DNA from: Balanoglossus misakiensis
Lineage: Eukaryota > Animalia > Hemichordata
Assembly: GCA_040954595.2 (NCBI GenBank)
Contig: CM082580.2
Span: 13,070,242 to 13,134,241 of the forward strand
Length of the DNA: 64,000 nt
Direction: 5' to 3'
A program made the translations under genes and the position numbers. Numbering within the stretch: position 1 is the stretch's first letter; every line of letters begins with the position of its first letter. The notes beneath the pieces are model-generated. The model had not been told where the DNA came from. It did no database searches and saw only the letters and a program-made list of their open reading frames with translations. Positions 14,201 to 30,570 of this stretch are shown here, in pieces.

Positions 14201-17200
14201 TCTCTAAGGTAACTCCCTCAGTCTCTAGTCCTGGTTTGTTTCTAGAAATTATACTCTTTCTTCCTGTGTTAGACATATTGGCTATTTTCACTACTCATGA
14301 TTATTTTGTTTATTACCTACAGGATAGCCTGTGCCAGGCCTACAAGTCTACACCTGGTTCCAGTCATCAGATACTCTAATTTGAATATACCATGTCCAAT
14401 CACTCCAGACTCTCATAATCAGGTAAGTGTACAGATTTGACGTAGTGTACTGTGTTTTACTAACTCGCATATATGTATTTGTCCTTTCACAGAGAGATGT
14501 GGGATTTTAGGCACCATGCATCGGAAAGTGTTCAATATATACATGTAGAACAGGTAACTTTGAGTGTGTTTCTTTGCCTACATATGTTTTTTTTCCAGAT
14601 TCCAGTTCGATATTCCCAGGATTTGGAAATCCTTGTCAAAGTGGCAGACAAGAATGGTCACACTTTTGACAACTTCACTTCACTTACCATCCAATGGGAA
14701 ACCAGTGATAAGAACCTGGCAAGTTTTGCTAACCAGATGACAACATTGACGGATGTAGAAGGTGAACATAGTGGCACTAAGATTCTGAGAGGTACGTAGA
14801 TCTTGTGGGAGTGTAGATGAGATGCTGAACCCATTGACTTTGTTGGGTCATCATGAATGTTAACATAATCATTGAACGTTAAAATACATATTTACATGTA
14901 TCTTCTTTTTTCCAGCCAACCAGACAGCTCGGTTGTCACATGACGAAACCAAAATAGGTCTCGTCAGTGTAACAGCGACCATTGTAGGCTATGATGCCAA
15001 GCTGTTGAAGTACCATGAAATATCACCAGTGGTAAGTCAATACATCATCCAGATGTACACAATTTGTGAGAGCATCTTCATGAGAGTGTTTCTTAGTTCA
15101 GGTACTAACCCCTCTCCCTACCCCAGGGGCATTCAAGATGACCTGTTGGTAATGATAGTCATGAGGTTGATAATCTCATGAATATAAAGATATGATGCCT
15201 TTCTGTTAATTGTGCTTCTGATAGTACATGTGGTGCTTATGGTTTGTATTTCTTTGCCAGCCCAAGATCTCTCCAACAATCAGTAAATCCTTGGAATTGT
15301 TACTGGTCAAAGATGCTCTCATCACACCACGGAATGTGTCGATATTTAACCATCCGTCCAGCATGGCAAGTATATTTTTTCATGCATTCTTTTCATATCG
15401 CTGATGTATAAACTATCATGTGCAGCCAGCAATAGCCTGAATAGCTTTCTCTGACACAACCACAAGTACAAAATGTTGTTCACTATGTAAATAGCTGACA
15501 TGAAATGGATTCCTCTGATCACAGGTGTCATTGACCATCAGTGGTGGATCTGGCCACTTCTGGGTGAACCCCAACAACAGGAATGTTGCCATTGTGACCT
15601 ACCATGAAAAGCAGAAACAGATTGAGGTAAGTGTATTGTGTGTCTTCTGATTTTGATTCTGCCTTTTGCCAGGGTAACTGCAGTTTAGTGGGATTTATCA
15701 ACTTTTGTAATGATCGTGTGCATCCCAGTGCATTCATTTATGCAAGGCTGATAGTAGGATATACTGGCACAATGACATATTATTTGTTGCCTAACCTTTT
15801 GAAATCTCTGCAGGTTGTACCCCTGATGGATGGTTCCTTGGACATCACAGCCCACGACCTGTGTTTAGATACTGGTGGACCTGCAAAGGCCAATGTCCTC
15901 ATCTCTGGTCTCAGTGTCATCGAAGTCAGCGCCATTGACAAGGTTGAAATTGGCCACGAGATTTCAGCCACAGTAAGAGTACTGGATACCCAGAAAAATC
16001 CACTGAGAAGTAGTTATTTTGAGTTGATGGGTCTGAAACCATATCCAGCTTCCAACATCATCTCACTCAGGTATTTCTTTTTTAAATTGTAGAACTTCTT
16101 TTTGACAGGAGATGGAGTTGTGATTGTGTTTTGTAATCGCCAACATTTACATAACTTTTGCTCAGTAGTTATGCTGTACTTTGCACTGAATTCATACATT
16201 GTATTTTCAGACCCAACAGTACACATCCAAAAGATGAATTTGCAGCGAATTATGTCATCTATGGTGCGTCTTTAGGCAGGACCAGTCTGACCTTCATTGC
16301 GAGTCTCAAATCAGGAGAAACAGTTTCCAGCACAGCTCGGGAAATACAGGTGATGATCTTATGCTCCATCAGTACACCAGAGCCATGATACATGTGTGTA
16401 TCTTTTGTATGCTATGCATGATGTCAGGCGTTGTATTCACAGAAAATTGTCCTTGCTATGGTGCTGTAGATGTTGTTCATGTTTCTACTTTGTTCACAAG
16501 ACCATGTACCTACCTTAACTGTTTAATTTTAATTTTGTTTTAATTTTGAATTCATTTCAAAGATGGCAGTCACTAATGTTTCATTCTCTGCCTGCAGGTG
16601 TTTCCATCCTTGCGACTGGACCCGAGAAATGTCACTCTCATCATTGGTGCTGTCTTTCAAGTAAGTCAAATTATAATCGGCCTTTTTTGTCAGCAAAAGT
16701 TTGAAAAGCAACATTGTAGATTTAATTATAGAACTACCAAGGATGATCTTGCAAATATGGTGTGGTTATAACACAAACCGTAGTGGAAGATAATCCTAGT
16801 GCTGGTAGATTGAAATTTCTGCAATACTATAATATTTGGTATTATTACTTTGACACAGGTGCGCAGTTATGGAGGTCCACAGCCATTGTCTCTTGAATAC
16901 AGTATTAACAACTCCAAAATAGCCACCATCAGTGGCAGTGGCTTGATCAGGGCCATGGCTGTCGGTCATACCAGAGTCAAGGGTACAGTAAAAGCATTCC
17001 ATTCTGAGACAGGAGCTCATGTTGATTACTCTAAGGTAAGTACACAATGTGTAATTGCCATACATGCACACAATGATATAGATAATAGCTTATGGCTATC
17101 AGCACCCAAAAAATGTTTTCTTATTTTTCTCAATACTTCATGTATCTCATCTCTCTTGAATGATCAACTTTGTTGCCCTAGCTACTAACATGTCTGACAC

Positions 17201-20200
17201 TGCAGTAACATTATCTGAATTTTCTTCTTCTGCAGGATGTGATCGATGTTTATGTAGTCAGACTCACTGGTATTAATATCTATGCACCTGTAGCCATGTT
17301 AGAAACAGGCGGCGAGGTAAGCTTTGTGGATTCATATCTAAATATCAAATATTGTCAGTTTAACCTGTTTCTCAATGTACTGTAGTATTTGATGCAGTAC
17401 TAACATTACGTGTCTTCACAGATGCCAGTGTATGCCATGGGAGTAAACGAACACCAAACCCCGTTCACATTTGGACATGCAGTTCCTGGCTTGAAATTCT
17501 ATTGGACGGTCAGTAACACTGATGTCATCAGGTTGTCATCTGTCTATTACAAGGTAAACAGTTTTATTCCCTTCAACACTTTTATCAAGTGTTAAGTGAT
17601 GTCCTAAAAACCAATCCTTCTGCGAAGCCAAGTTTTGTCAGACCCTTTGGGGTTCAGTTTAGACACACTCTGATGTACTCCGCCCTGTCATTGACTGACT
17701 ACATACATATTTGGTACATACTTTGAAACAAACTCAAACATTTGTCACTTTTAAAGTGTTGTCATAAAGTTCCAACCAATTTGTGAAATTCTTTGTTTGC
17801 ATTGATTTCTACAAATAATTTTGTTGTGTCTTGTTCTTATTATTCCTACTGTTTTTAATGTTTTTTTAAACTTTTTTTACATTTCTCTTGACTTTCCCCT
17901 TGTCCTCTTGACCCTAAACTTTGCACTGTCTGGTTGTTGACTATTCACTCTCTCCAGTCATGTGGTCACATCACACAATCTGCCGAGTATCCATGTATGG
18001 TATGTACACATATTGAATGGATGTTGTTTCATGTCTCCACTGTTACATTTCTTTCTTTGTTCTCTTTGCCTGCTACTGCCACTGTCTTTTTTTCATCTTC
18101 ACATATTTGTGTAAAACTCACTGCATCACACACTGCCTTTTGCTCTTTGCAATGTCTGTGCTGAGGCTTTGAGAGCTACTAAATGTAATGACAAGGTTAT
18201 GGTTTTTGTAGCTCACCTGTAATCTATAAACTCGACCAAGTGTATCATTGCATAAAAGCCAAGCCAATAAGTTCTCAAGAACAAAGCATATAAGTTGAAA
18301 TTTATATCATTATCATGAAAATACGTTTTCACTTTCATGTTCACATGCACCATTTCCAAACATCATTCTATAACATCCAAATAGTGCAAATTGAAGGGTT
18401 GCTAAGATGTTAAGTTATAGTGTTGTAGGATGTTTGGAATGTTTATTAAAATGATGATATAAAAAAAAAACGATATACAACTTCAGTCTGTAATGTGATA
18501 AATCTCTCTTCAGAATTACACTTTCCATCTTCCTTGCACAGAAAAGATGAGAAACAATAAATGCCTCTGAATAAATCATAAAATTGCCAAAGTAAGGTCT
18601 AAATGCAAATGACAGAACATACATATGTAACATGAACTCTTTTATTTCAAAACTTGATGCATTCTTGTCTTTTAGATTGGAATATACAGCAATGATGAGA
18701 ATAACTTTGGAATGAGACTGCTTGCGATCCACCCAGGACAGGCGACTGTTCAGCTGAAGGTGGTGATAACAGAACCAGGCCACAATCAAATATTCAATGA
18801 TATTGTACTCATAGAGGAAGTGCAGATTGAGGTATGTGTGTAGTCACTGTAGAGGATGATGATAAGGATGGTGGTGGTGATGGTGGTGGTGGTGGGGATG
18901 GCGATGGTGATGATGATGATGTTTGCTGTTTTTTTCCCCCAGGTATTCACCAAACTGTCTCTGATACACCCAGAAGCATGTCCCAGTGTACTTCTGATGT
19001 CCCCCAATACGCAAACCCAAATTAAAACTAACAGGTGAGTGTCAGATGGTGTACATCCCGATGAACACAGATAGCTGGGATGTCTTAATCCCACACAAGA
19101 ACAGGCGATTTGGCATTCATATAGCTACTTGTACATCATTGGTGTACAAATATAATGCAATGTCCTTTTGTGGTATGAGTGTGTGTGCGGAGGATTGAGT
19201 TTTCTAAATTTCTCTGGCAACATGCATCTGCATTTTCTGTTTGTTTCTCTTGCAGGGATGGCTCGGCACGCATGATGTACAGCGTACTGAACACACCATA
19301 CAGTAAATCAGTCATAGAAGTGGAGTCAATGGGTCAAGTGACATCCGGGTCTCTGACGGGTCAAACATCGGTCTTGATAACATCCTATGAAGAATTTGGA
19401 GTCAACCAGACACTGGTAGTGTTGGTCAAAGTAAGTTAATAACCGGACAATTTACCCACATCAGACACATGTACTGGTAGAACTTAAATTTGATTGATGG
19501 ATAAGAATATGTCCTATGTAATGTGATAACCACACTCTGCCTTAGGTACATGTACCTCTGGGTTCCTAACTGTATTAAAATATGTATATTACAATATGTA
19601 AACGAACTCATATCTGTACATGTATGTGATATTTTTCTTTTTTGCAGGTGAAACCAGTATCGTATCTCACAATCAACAGTGATACAGTAATCACGTCAAC
19701 ACATAAACTATACTCCTTCCCAGTGGGCGTTGTCTTGTCCTTTGCAATCAGTTTCCATGACGACCTGGGAGAAAAATTCCATGCTACCAACACAGAGCTG
19801 AACTTTAGAATGAACAGGTCAGACATCTTAGGTCATGTTTTGTTTCGTTTGTTTCGCGTGTTTGCATTTTCCAAGCATTCTCAGAGTACATGCACACATG
19901 CTATTGTGTGATGTCTACCACTTTAATTATTATCCTATTATGTACAGCATGGCTTATGGTGCATCCAGCATTCGTGCAGAATTTCAGTCATGTGCAATCA
20001 CTGTCTGGGCATTCTGTTGCCGTAAACTTACTCTGTCCTTAGCACATCTTTTACACAAGTTTAGCAACATACATGTTCATAACAAAAATTACTAATAAAC
20101 CAAAACAATGAAGGCAATAAATGTATCACTTTTCCTTTCTGTGAACTCAGATTTGATCTCCTACAAGTCAATCCAGGTCTGGAAAATGGAACATTTGTTG

Positions 20201-23200
20201 CCAGGGCAACCAGCATCGGGAATACAATATTCAAGGTGTGGGACAAGAATAACCCTCGTGTATCTGACTACGTCAATGTGCCCGTAGACCACGTCATAAC
20301 ACCAGAACAGTCTGACATCACACTCGGCAATATAGTGTGTTTTGATTCACCGTTGATCAGGCCTGATGGTAAGTTCATACAAATTGTGATTGTGTGACTG
20401 TGTAATATTACTTGAGTGCACGTGTTCATATTGTTTTGTGCCCTAAGCCAGTAAAAAAACTAATGTTGAAGGATCAATGTTTTCCTCACATCTAACTCTT
20501 CACTTTCACAGGAAGGAGAGGTGAATGGACATCCAAGGATAGTAATGTTTTACTCATAGACAACCAATCAGGAATTGCCAAAGCCTCTAGGCCAGGAACC
20601 ACCACTGTTTACCAAAGTATTGCTGATGATTTCTTTACCCATGCGGTGGTAAGTAGAAATAAGATACAGAACTGTCAAAATGTAGCTACATGCACACAGT
20701 CTCTAACATGTAACAACACTGCCACTACTTTGTCCTGTACACAGGCTTAAAGTGAAATATATGTACTTGAGTAATGAAAATGTAATGTGTGGATGTCATT
20801 TATATGCAGGTGACAGTGCAGCCAGTCAGGCAAGTCTCCATAGACACCAATTCTGTATCTTATGTCAGCACTTTGCCCAGGAGTTCTCCGTATGTTCTGC
20901 CGGTCACCCTTGGATCAACTAACAATGTCAAAGGTCAGTGTATTTCAGTCTTCTGTATGTGCCGTGTTGTGGTGTGGTGTGTTGTGTTGTACAGTACAGT
21001 AACTTTACATGTACATGTATCTAGAAGCTGTTCCGTGTAGTTCCCGATTTGTGTAAACTTGTACTGTATTTCCTTTAGATGCAGTCCGACTTATAATCGT
21101 TTTGTTTTGTTCTGACAGGAGACAATTGCAGTGAAGAGCTTGGCACAGTTTACAGAAGACTTCACTTATACAGAGTTCCGTTCAGCTGTCATATGAATTT
21201 TGAAAACAGAGCCATCAGCATCAAGGCTGAAGATCTCTTCCAAGTCAGTGCAGGTTTTGATGTAGATACAAGTGAGTATTGTGGAAAACTATATCTTTTT
21301 GGATGTGTGGTACATGCTGCTGTGTTGTCCTGACATTTGAGACCCACTCATTGAGAACAATTGATGGGAAAAAAAACTTTCAAATGAAAGATGACCAGAA
21401 AGTAGATTGCGATAATCATGGCCAATATTTATATTCATTTTCAGATCAGTACTATTGCAGCATACAGCAAGTACAGGCAACATACTCCCCTCAGCTGCTG
21501 AGCACCCTCGACACCAGTCTCGCAGTTTCTGTTACCATCAGCCCACAAGAGGGCCAACCGGAAGTCAGATCCCATGTCCAGCAACTGCCTCTGTTACCAG
21601 CATTCCATGTCAATCAGGGGGACGTCACCCTCAGTAATATCCATCCCAACGGAGAATTGCTGATCCGTGGAGTTGCTAAGGTGTTGGACACTATCAGGGT
21701 GAGTGTGATGTCAGTGATCAGCCCTTGCATGCAATGGTCCAATACAGTCCTTGAAGGATGTCTTTGGTAATGTTGAAACAAGAGTGCGCCATGTGTGATC
21801 GATGCTTTGCCTCAAATGTTTGATTTCATGTTTAGCTTGTAAAGTGAGCATCACGTTTTGACATCCGTGAGTGCTGGAATTATCTTATGCTAGCCAGTGA
21901 TTATATTCTGATGATTTGATCATAGTCATTCTGATTTGACATATCTGACACTTTATGATAATTATGGTGATTTTCCCCCTTTATATGTTGATAACCACAC
22001 AGGTGATGTCAAATGACACTTCAATGGTAGAACTTGGCAATGTTGAAGAGAGTGTAGGAGCACATCGCTATCCTGTCAATCTCATAGACTCCTCTGCTCT
22101 GCTCCAAGATGACTGTCCCAAAGTCCATGTTGAAATCACTTCCCCAGCCACTGGACAGAGTCAGCAGCTGCCTGTAAAAATTTTGTACATTGGTCTTAAA
22201 GAAAAGCCTGGTAAGACGGATCCACTCTTGTATTATGAGGTTGCCACGGAAATGACTCCTTGTCTCTAGAGGTATTATGATATTATGTTAATAATCATTG
22301 AATGATGTCTTTGTTGATTTTTTTTTTCAGCGCAAGTTCGTTTGTCTGGCTGGGCAAGAGTGTTCCAGATCATAGCCAATAATTATCAAAGTTGGTTGTA
22401 TCATATCTTGCTGGTGTTGGCAACCATAGGAGCGTTATTCATAGGTAATAGTTGTCACTGGTCTGTGGCATGTCTTTCATTGTCAGAGGTAAAGGTAGTT
22501 GATTATTAGAAAGTCGGTCATATCTACACATAGCACAGTTACTTTGGTGTCACAGTGTTATGCTAATGTCACATAGTTGTAACACTGTCGCAGGCAACCA
22601 TGAAATTCTTAATTGAAACCGACCTCTAGATTAAACATCTGCAACCTGACCTTGCAGCTGATGAATACTTAGCCACATAATAATTGCCAAACAGCTGTTT
22701 TGCATCTTATAAAATTGCCACCATAAAAACCATATGTTACACTTTACACGGAGCAACTGTGTCATATTGGACCCATACCTGCAGCTGTAGAAAGGACAAC
22801 CCCCATCCTTTACGTGTGCTCATTATGGTCCAAAGCTAACACTTACTGTGAATTTGTCCCATGTATTAGGCTACCATTTCCTGGTGGCTCCCCGATACTA
22901 CTCAGCCCACAACACATCCAACGTGTTTTTACAACCAGGTCAATCACCATCATCACAACCACCTCCATACTTGGCAATGTCTCCACCTGGTAAGTTGGCA
23001 TCACAATCAAAGTATCTGCCATATTTTCATACAACTCTCATATTTATTGAAGGTAAGAACAATAGCATGTCCATGAAAAAATAAACAATATGACAATGAG
23101 AGGAGGGCCATCATGATTCCACCAATAAGTGGTGCATGTAGTTGCCCCATGTGTCCATACTGCACCTGACAAGATTCAAGAGATAAAGTCCAAGAGGTAA

Positions 23201-23372
23201 TGTCTTTAAATTGTTACATGTTTTTTCGCCTGCAGGCTTCAGTCCGTCCAGAAGTCCCTACCAATCGTATAACACTTCACCAAATCGAAGAAAATCACCC
23301 AAACTTTGGAGTACTGGTCTTGACTCGCCCGACAGAAGTCCCACATCACCAGCATACCAACAGATGTATTAA
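8232..23372 (+). CDS. NUP210: Nuclear pore membrane glycoprotein 210 (gp210), more than 40 exons
   Basis: Signal peptide followed by SRLNVPKILLPYY..INFTLEAQDGCYSW, matching the gp210 N-terminus. Other gp210 motifs: GNTFSSLEGLQFEW, ATGGSGNYSWSSS, MPVYAMG..QTPFTFG.AVPGLKFYW, FHDDLGEKFHA. Single TM segment (WLYHILLVLATIGALFIGYHFL, exon about 22331-22444) and a short Ser/Pro-rich tail ending QQMY* (TAA 23370-23372). Confidence 0.96.
9004..9240. repeat. Short palindrome (CCATGGAGTACCTCCATGG) plus a degenerate ~11-bp AGGATTCCT-type repeat in NUP210 intron 1, possibly a MITE or minisatellite relic
   Basis: Recurring aggattcct/aggaatcct/aggagtcct units at about 9086-9235 and an inverted repeat at about 9006-9024. 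Confidence 0.45.
11332..11568 (+). other. U12-type (minor spliceosome) GT-AG intron in NUP210
   Basis: 5' splice site GTATCCTTT is the U12 consensus. Branch site TTTCCCTAAC lies about 13 nt before the CAG acceptor. Splicing restores KDK-N-VKEELSQPTAGIHVVEPSYLG in frame. Confidence 0.9.
15366..15524 (+). other. Non-canonical GC-AG intron in NUP210
   Basis: Exon 15261-15365 (35 codons, ...IFNHPSSM) joins VSLTISGGSGHF in phase 0 through the donor ATG|GCAAGT; the nearby GT donor is out of phase. Confidence 0.8.
17958..17999 (+). other. Candidate 42-nt in-frame cassette exon of NUP210 (SCGHITQSAEYPCM)
   Basis: Long pyrimidine tract and CTCCAG acceptor; ATG|GTATGT donor; phase 0/0 like the flanking exons; lies in an unusually long intron. 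Confidence 0.55.
18853..18921. repeat. Intronic (GAT/GGT)n trinucleotide microsatellite
   Basis: gatgatgat...ggtggtggt...gatgatgatg inside a short NUP210 intron. Confidence 0.85.
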
Positions 23373-23901
23373 GTAGCATGCATAAATAGCAATGCAAAAC
23401 TGGAGAAAATACTTGTCCAAGTTGCGGTTGTAGAGAAGTCAGTGTTCATATATTTCATGCAGAAGTTTGAAGTTTACTGGCAAGAATCTGTCACAAAGTA
23501 AGTCTAGACACAGTGGTCCGTGTGAATATATTGATAGCATTCCAAATAAGATTTTTATAAATGTTTGAGATATCAAGTACTACCAGAAACTATGCATAAA
23601 TGCACACGAAGTTATACATAGCAGTATGCTGTCTTTTATAAACTCAGAGGAACTGGTTACAGTTTTTCTATGACAAAGGTTAATCATGAAAGAAAATTTC
23701 TAGAAAAAAGAGTGTCATAGATTTCAGCCCAGGTATGTGTCCACATGTCCAGGTGTACATGATTGACTTGTATGTACATATTATGACACGTATGAGTGAT
23801 GTACACACAACCATGTGTACAGAATATTATTTTTGGAACTTTTTGTGATTTATTAGTACCTTGTGATTTTGTGATTCCATAGCAATACCTTGCAATTAGG
23901 T

Positions 23902-23990
23902 TTAACCCTTTTGTCACCCATGGTTCAGTCCAAACTCATAGTTTTCTATGGTAAGGTTGGACCTCTAAATAGGGAACTGCAGATGTAAGA
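23902..23990. mobile_element. Possible degenerate piggyBac-like MITE fragment in the NUP210 3' UTR
   Basis: Begins TTAA-CCCT, the piggyBac target site and terminus signature. The right terminus is not clearly intact. Confidence 0.25.
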
Positions 23991-25005
23991 TGTAAGTTTT
24001 TTTGTTCAATTTTGTACATATTAGTTGTCGCTTCTTAGTTGGACCCCTTAAGTCTATGCAGAAATGCCTCTGTTCACACTTGATTTTGAGTACATGCACG
24101 CTTTTCCTACTGCATACATTGAAATTGAAATTGATTTAGTGGAGAAGTTATTAGTAGATTTTTGTTCTAACTTAGCAAGATATTAACAATGATGAATTCC
24201 GTTTCTTTATGATAAATGCATAAAAACATCTTGCCATTTCAGTTTTTTTTGCAGGTGATCGAAATAAAAAAAGCACAGTATGGAAGTTCACCTATTTTAG
24301 CTATTTTGGGAATGTATGTCATCACAGCCAACCAGCTGAACATAATATTTTTGTGTGTTTATTATTTTTGTTGCAGCATCCAGTATTTGACTCAGGAATT
24401 CTTTTGTACAGAATTTTAGTAGCATTACCATGGAAATAAATACTGCCAGACAACTAGATCATTCAAAATTTCTTGTTGATAGGACAGCATTGTTTTTATT
24501 TTTCAGTGTGTAGACCATTCAAAGGGAAATGTTAGTGTCGTTTAGGATTGTGCAATAATTGTGCTTAGTCATCCATCTTTGGTCTTTGGTTTGTACAAAG
24601 CCTTGAATCTCCAGACCTTTGTGTTTTTTCACTATGCGCTCCACACACAGTCTAGCCTTGTCTCATTCGCAGGCACCTGTGTACCTAACTACCACGCTCA
24701 CACAAGATTGATTGAGCATACACACAGTAAATGCATATACACATGTAATTTTTATTGACGTAAGACGCACATCTTATCCAGAAGAGGATATATACATTTA
24801 AGTCATTAGTGTACAGGCTTTGTGATCAATCTGAGATCACAATATTACATTCTCAAAGTTTCTCAGTGATTCCACAATCATGTAGAAGTTTCCAGGAACT
24901 AGATGGCATCAGATGAGTATAGATAATACAATGAATCTAACAGGTTGCAAGATGGCGTCTTAAAGATGTAAAGTGTAACTCTGTCAAAATCTTCATTCGG
25001 TGACC

Positions 25006-28789
<3,784 letters not shown>

Positions 28790-28850
28790 GTTGACAGCGA
28801 TCGTTTCTGTGCACTGCCTCGAGTGTCTCCGCTAGAAACAAGCAGCCAGG

Positions 28851-28857
28851 TTTTATA
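28851..28857 (-). promoter_or_regulatory. TATA box (TATAAAA) of the GH9 gene
   Basis: Consensus TATAAAA on the minus strand about 60 nt upstream of the ATG at 28789. Confidence 0.6.
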
Positions 28858-30570
28858 GCACCCGTAGACAATATGACCATTGTTCAAAGCGAAGTGGAAA
28901 GCACACACATACCAGCGTGTAGGATAAACGAAACAAATTAACAATCATTTGTTAAAATTACACGAACTGCTGCGATACAAGTTGTTCCATTCATCAATCG
29001 CTGCACGTTCTTTCACGTTCACGAGTAGAAAAATGCAAAATTAAATCGAATACATTTTTTTAATTTTCGAAACGAGCCTCTTAAGAGTGTTTGGAATTCG
29101 TGGGTGCAATTCTATTAAATATGATATGCATTTATGATAAATTGAGCCATCTAGAGACATTTGGGATCCTTTCTTTGTAAACAACACGTTGCTGTATCAA
29201 ACGAACATTCGCTGTCAAATCCAAACGCTCCCTTACTGTGACTCAAGAGCGAAAGAGGGATGTTCATTAATTGGTAGCGGTCGCATTGAACATGTCCTCA
29301 GATCGTGTAAGACCAGACAAGCGTCTCCATTATAAATTACAAATACGCGATATAAAAGCATTTGGCATACAGGTCTATTGTCTGAAAGATTTTGATGAAT
29401 AACTGCAGCAGTCCCAAGTAGATCCATTCAGACCACGGTTTTCTCGATAAGTAGTTGTTAATTATAAGTTTTGATTGATTTTTTAAAAGACCCAAGTCTC
29501 CCTGACGTCATACCATGGTTAGTAAATCAAGTTGTCCTTTCGAAACAGTCGGGTGTGGGACCGCCTTACACCCAATTTGGATGAGACTGCTCCATCTTTG
29601 AGCATACTACTGTTTCAAACGGGACCGGGTAATGTGGTAATAAGGAGAGCGATGATAAAATGAATGCTAACTGAGTAAATATCACGATTTAGAGTCCTAG
29701 TTTGTCGGTGAAGTTTTTTTTTCAAATTGATTTGCTCACACTTCAGCTTATCGCAAATATTGTCCACAGAGTTGGGGGAAAACAGCCTCGATACATCAAG
29801 TCCATCAACTCAAAAATGGATAGGGGAAAAACGATAAAAAAACATGGACACACTGCTGCGCTGTTTGATCAGTAAATCATAATCCCAACATGAGTTCTCG
29901 TTGCGAAAACTGTGAGCAATATTACTCCCGGAACGACATTGATTCGAAAATGTCATTTCAATGAACCACAATACCATCATTTTATTCCCCCGCACTTGGT
30001 AATGCCAAGTAAACATGATTGGCGCATTTTACACGATGAAACGAAATTTTCTTCGCTCACAGATTGCTACTTTACATGAGAAATAGCTCCGAGTGTTCGC
30101 CGGGACATGATCTCTGAGGGTGACCGTTCATTATTACGATCCTATGATGTGGGGAGTATTAAATTAGAAATACTTCTATGAGAGAAATGACTGCGGCGCA
30201 GAGAGAGTAGATCGTTTGTATATTGAGTATCAACCTGGCGTATTACAAATACAGAAGTTTTCGGCATCATCAGTTATGTCGGAAGATAAACACAAATTTT
30301 GGTTATATGAAAAATATAACTTTAATATTTATATTACAATGCATATATATGCCTAATGTACATACAACTTGAGATCGCTTATATATATTTAGAAGTTCAC
30401 AGAAAATATCTAATCAGTTTTATATTACGGTTAGCAAGAACTACAATGCACCTACGATGCTGTTCTATCTGTGTCATATGAGACCTATACCGATTGCAAT
30501 TGGTAGTCCGTAGCACGTGACGAGTGGTTATGACGTATGGTGGCAACAATACTCAATACTTTCATTTCAA

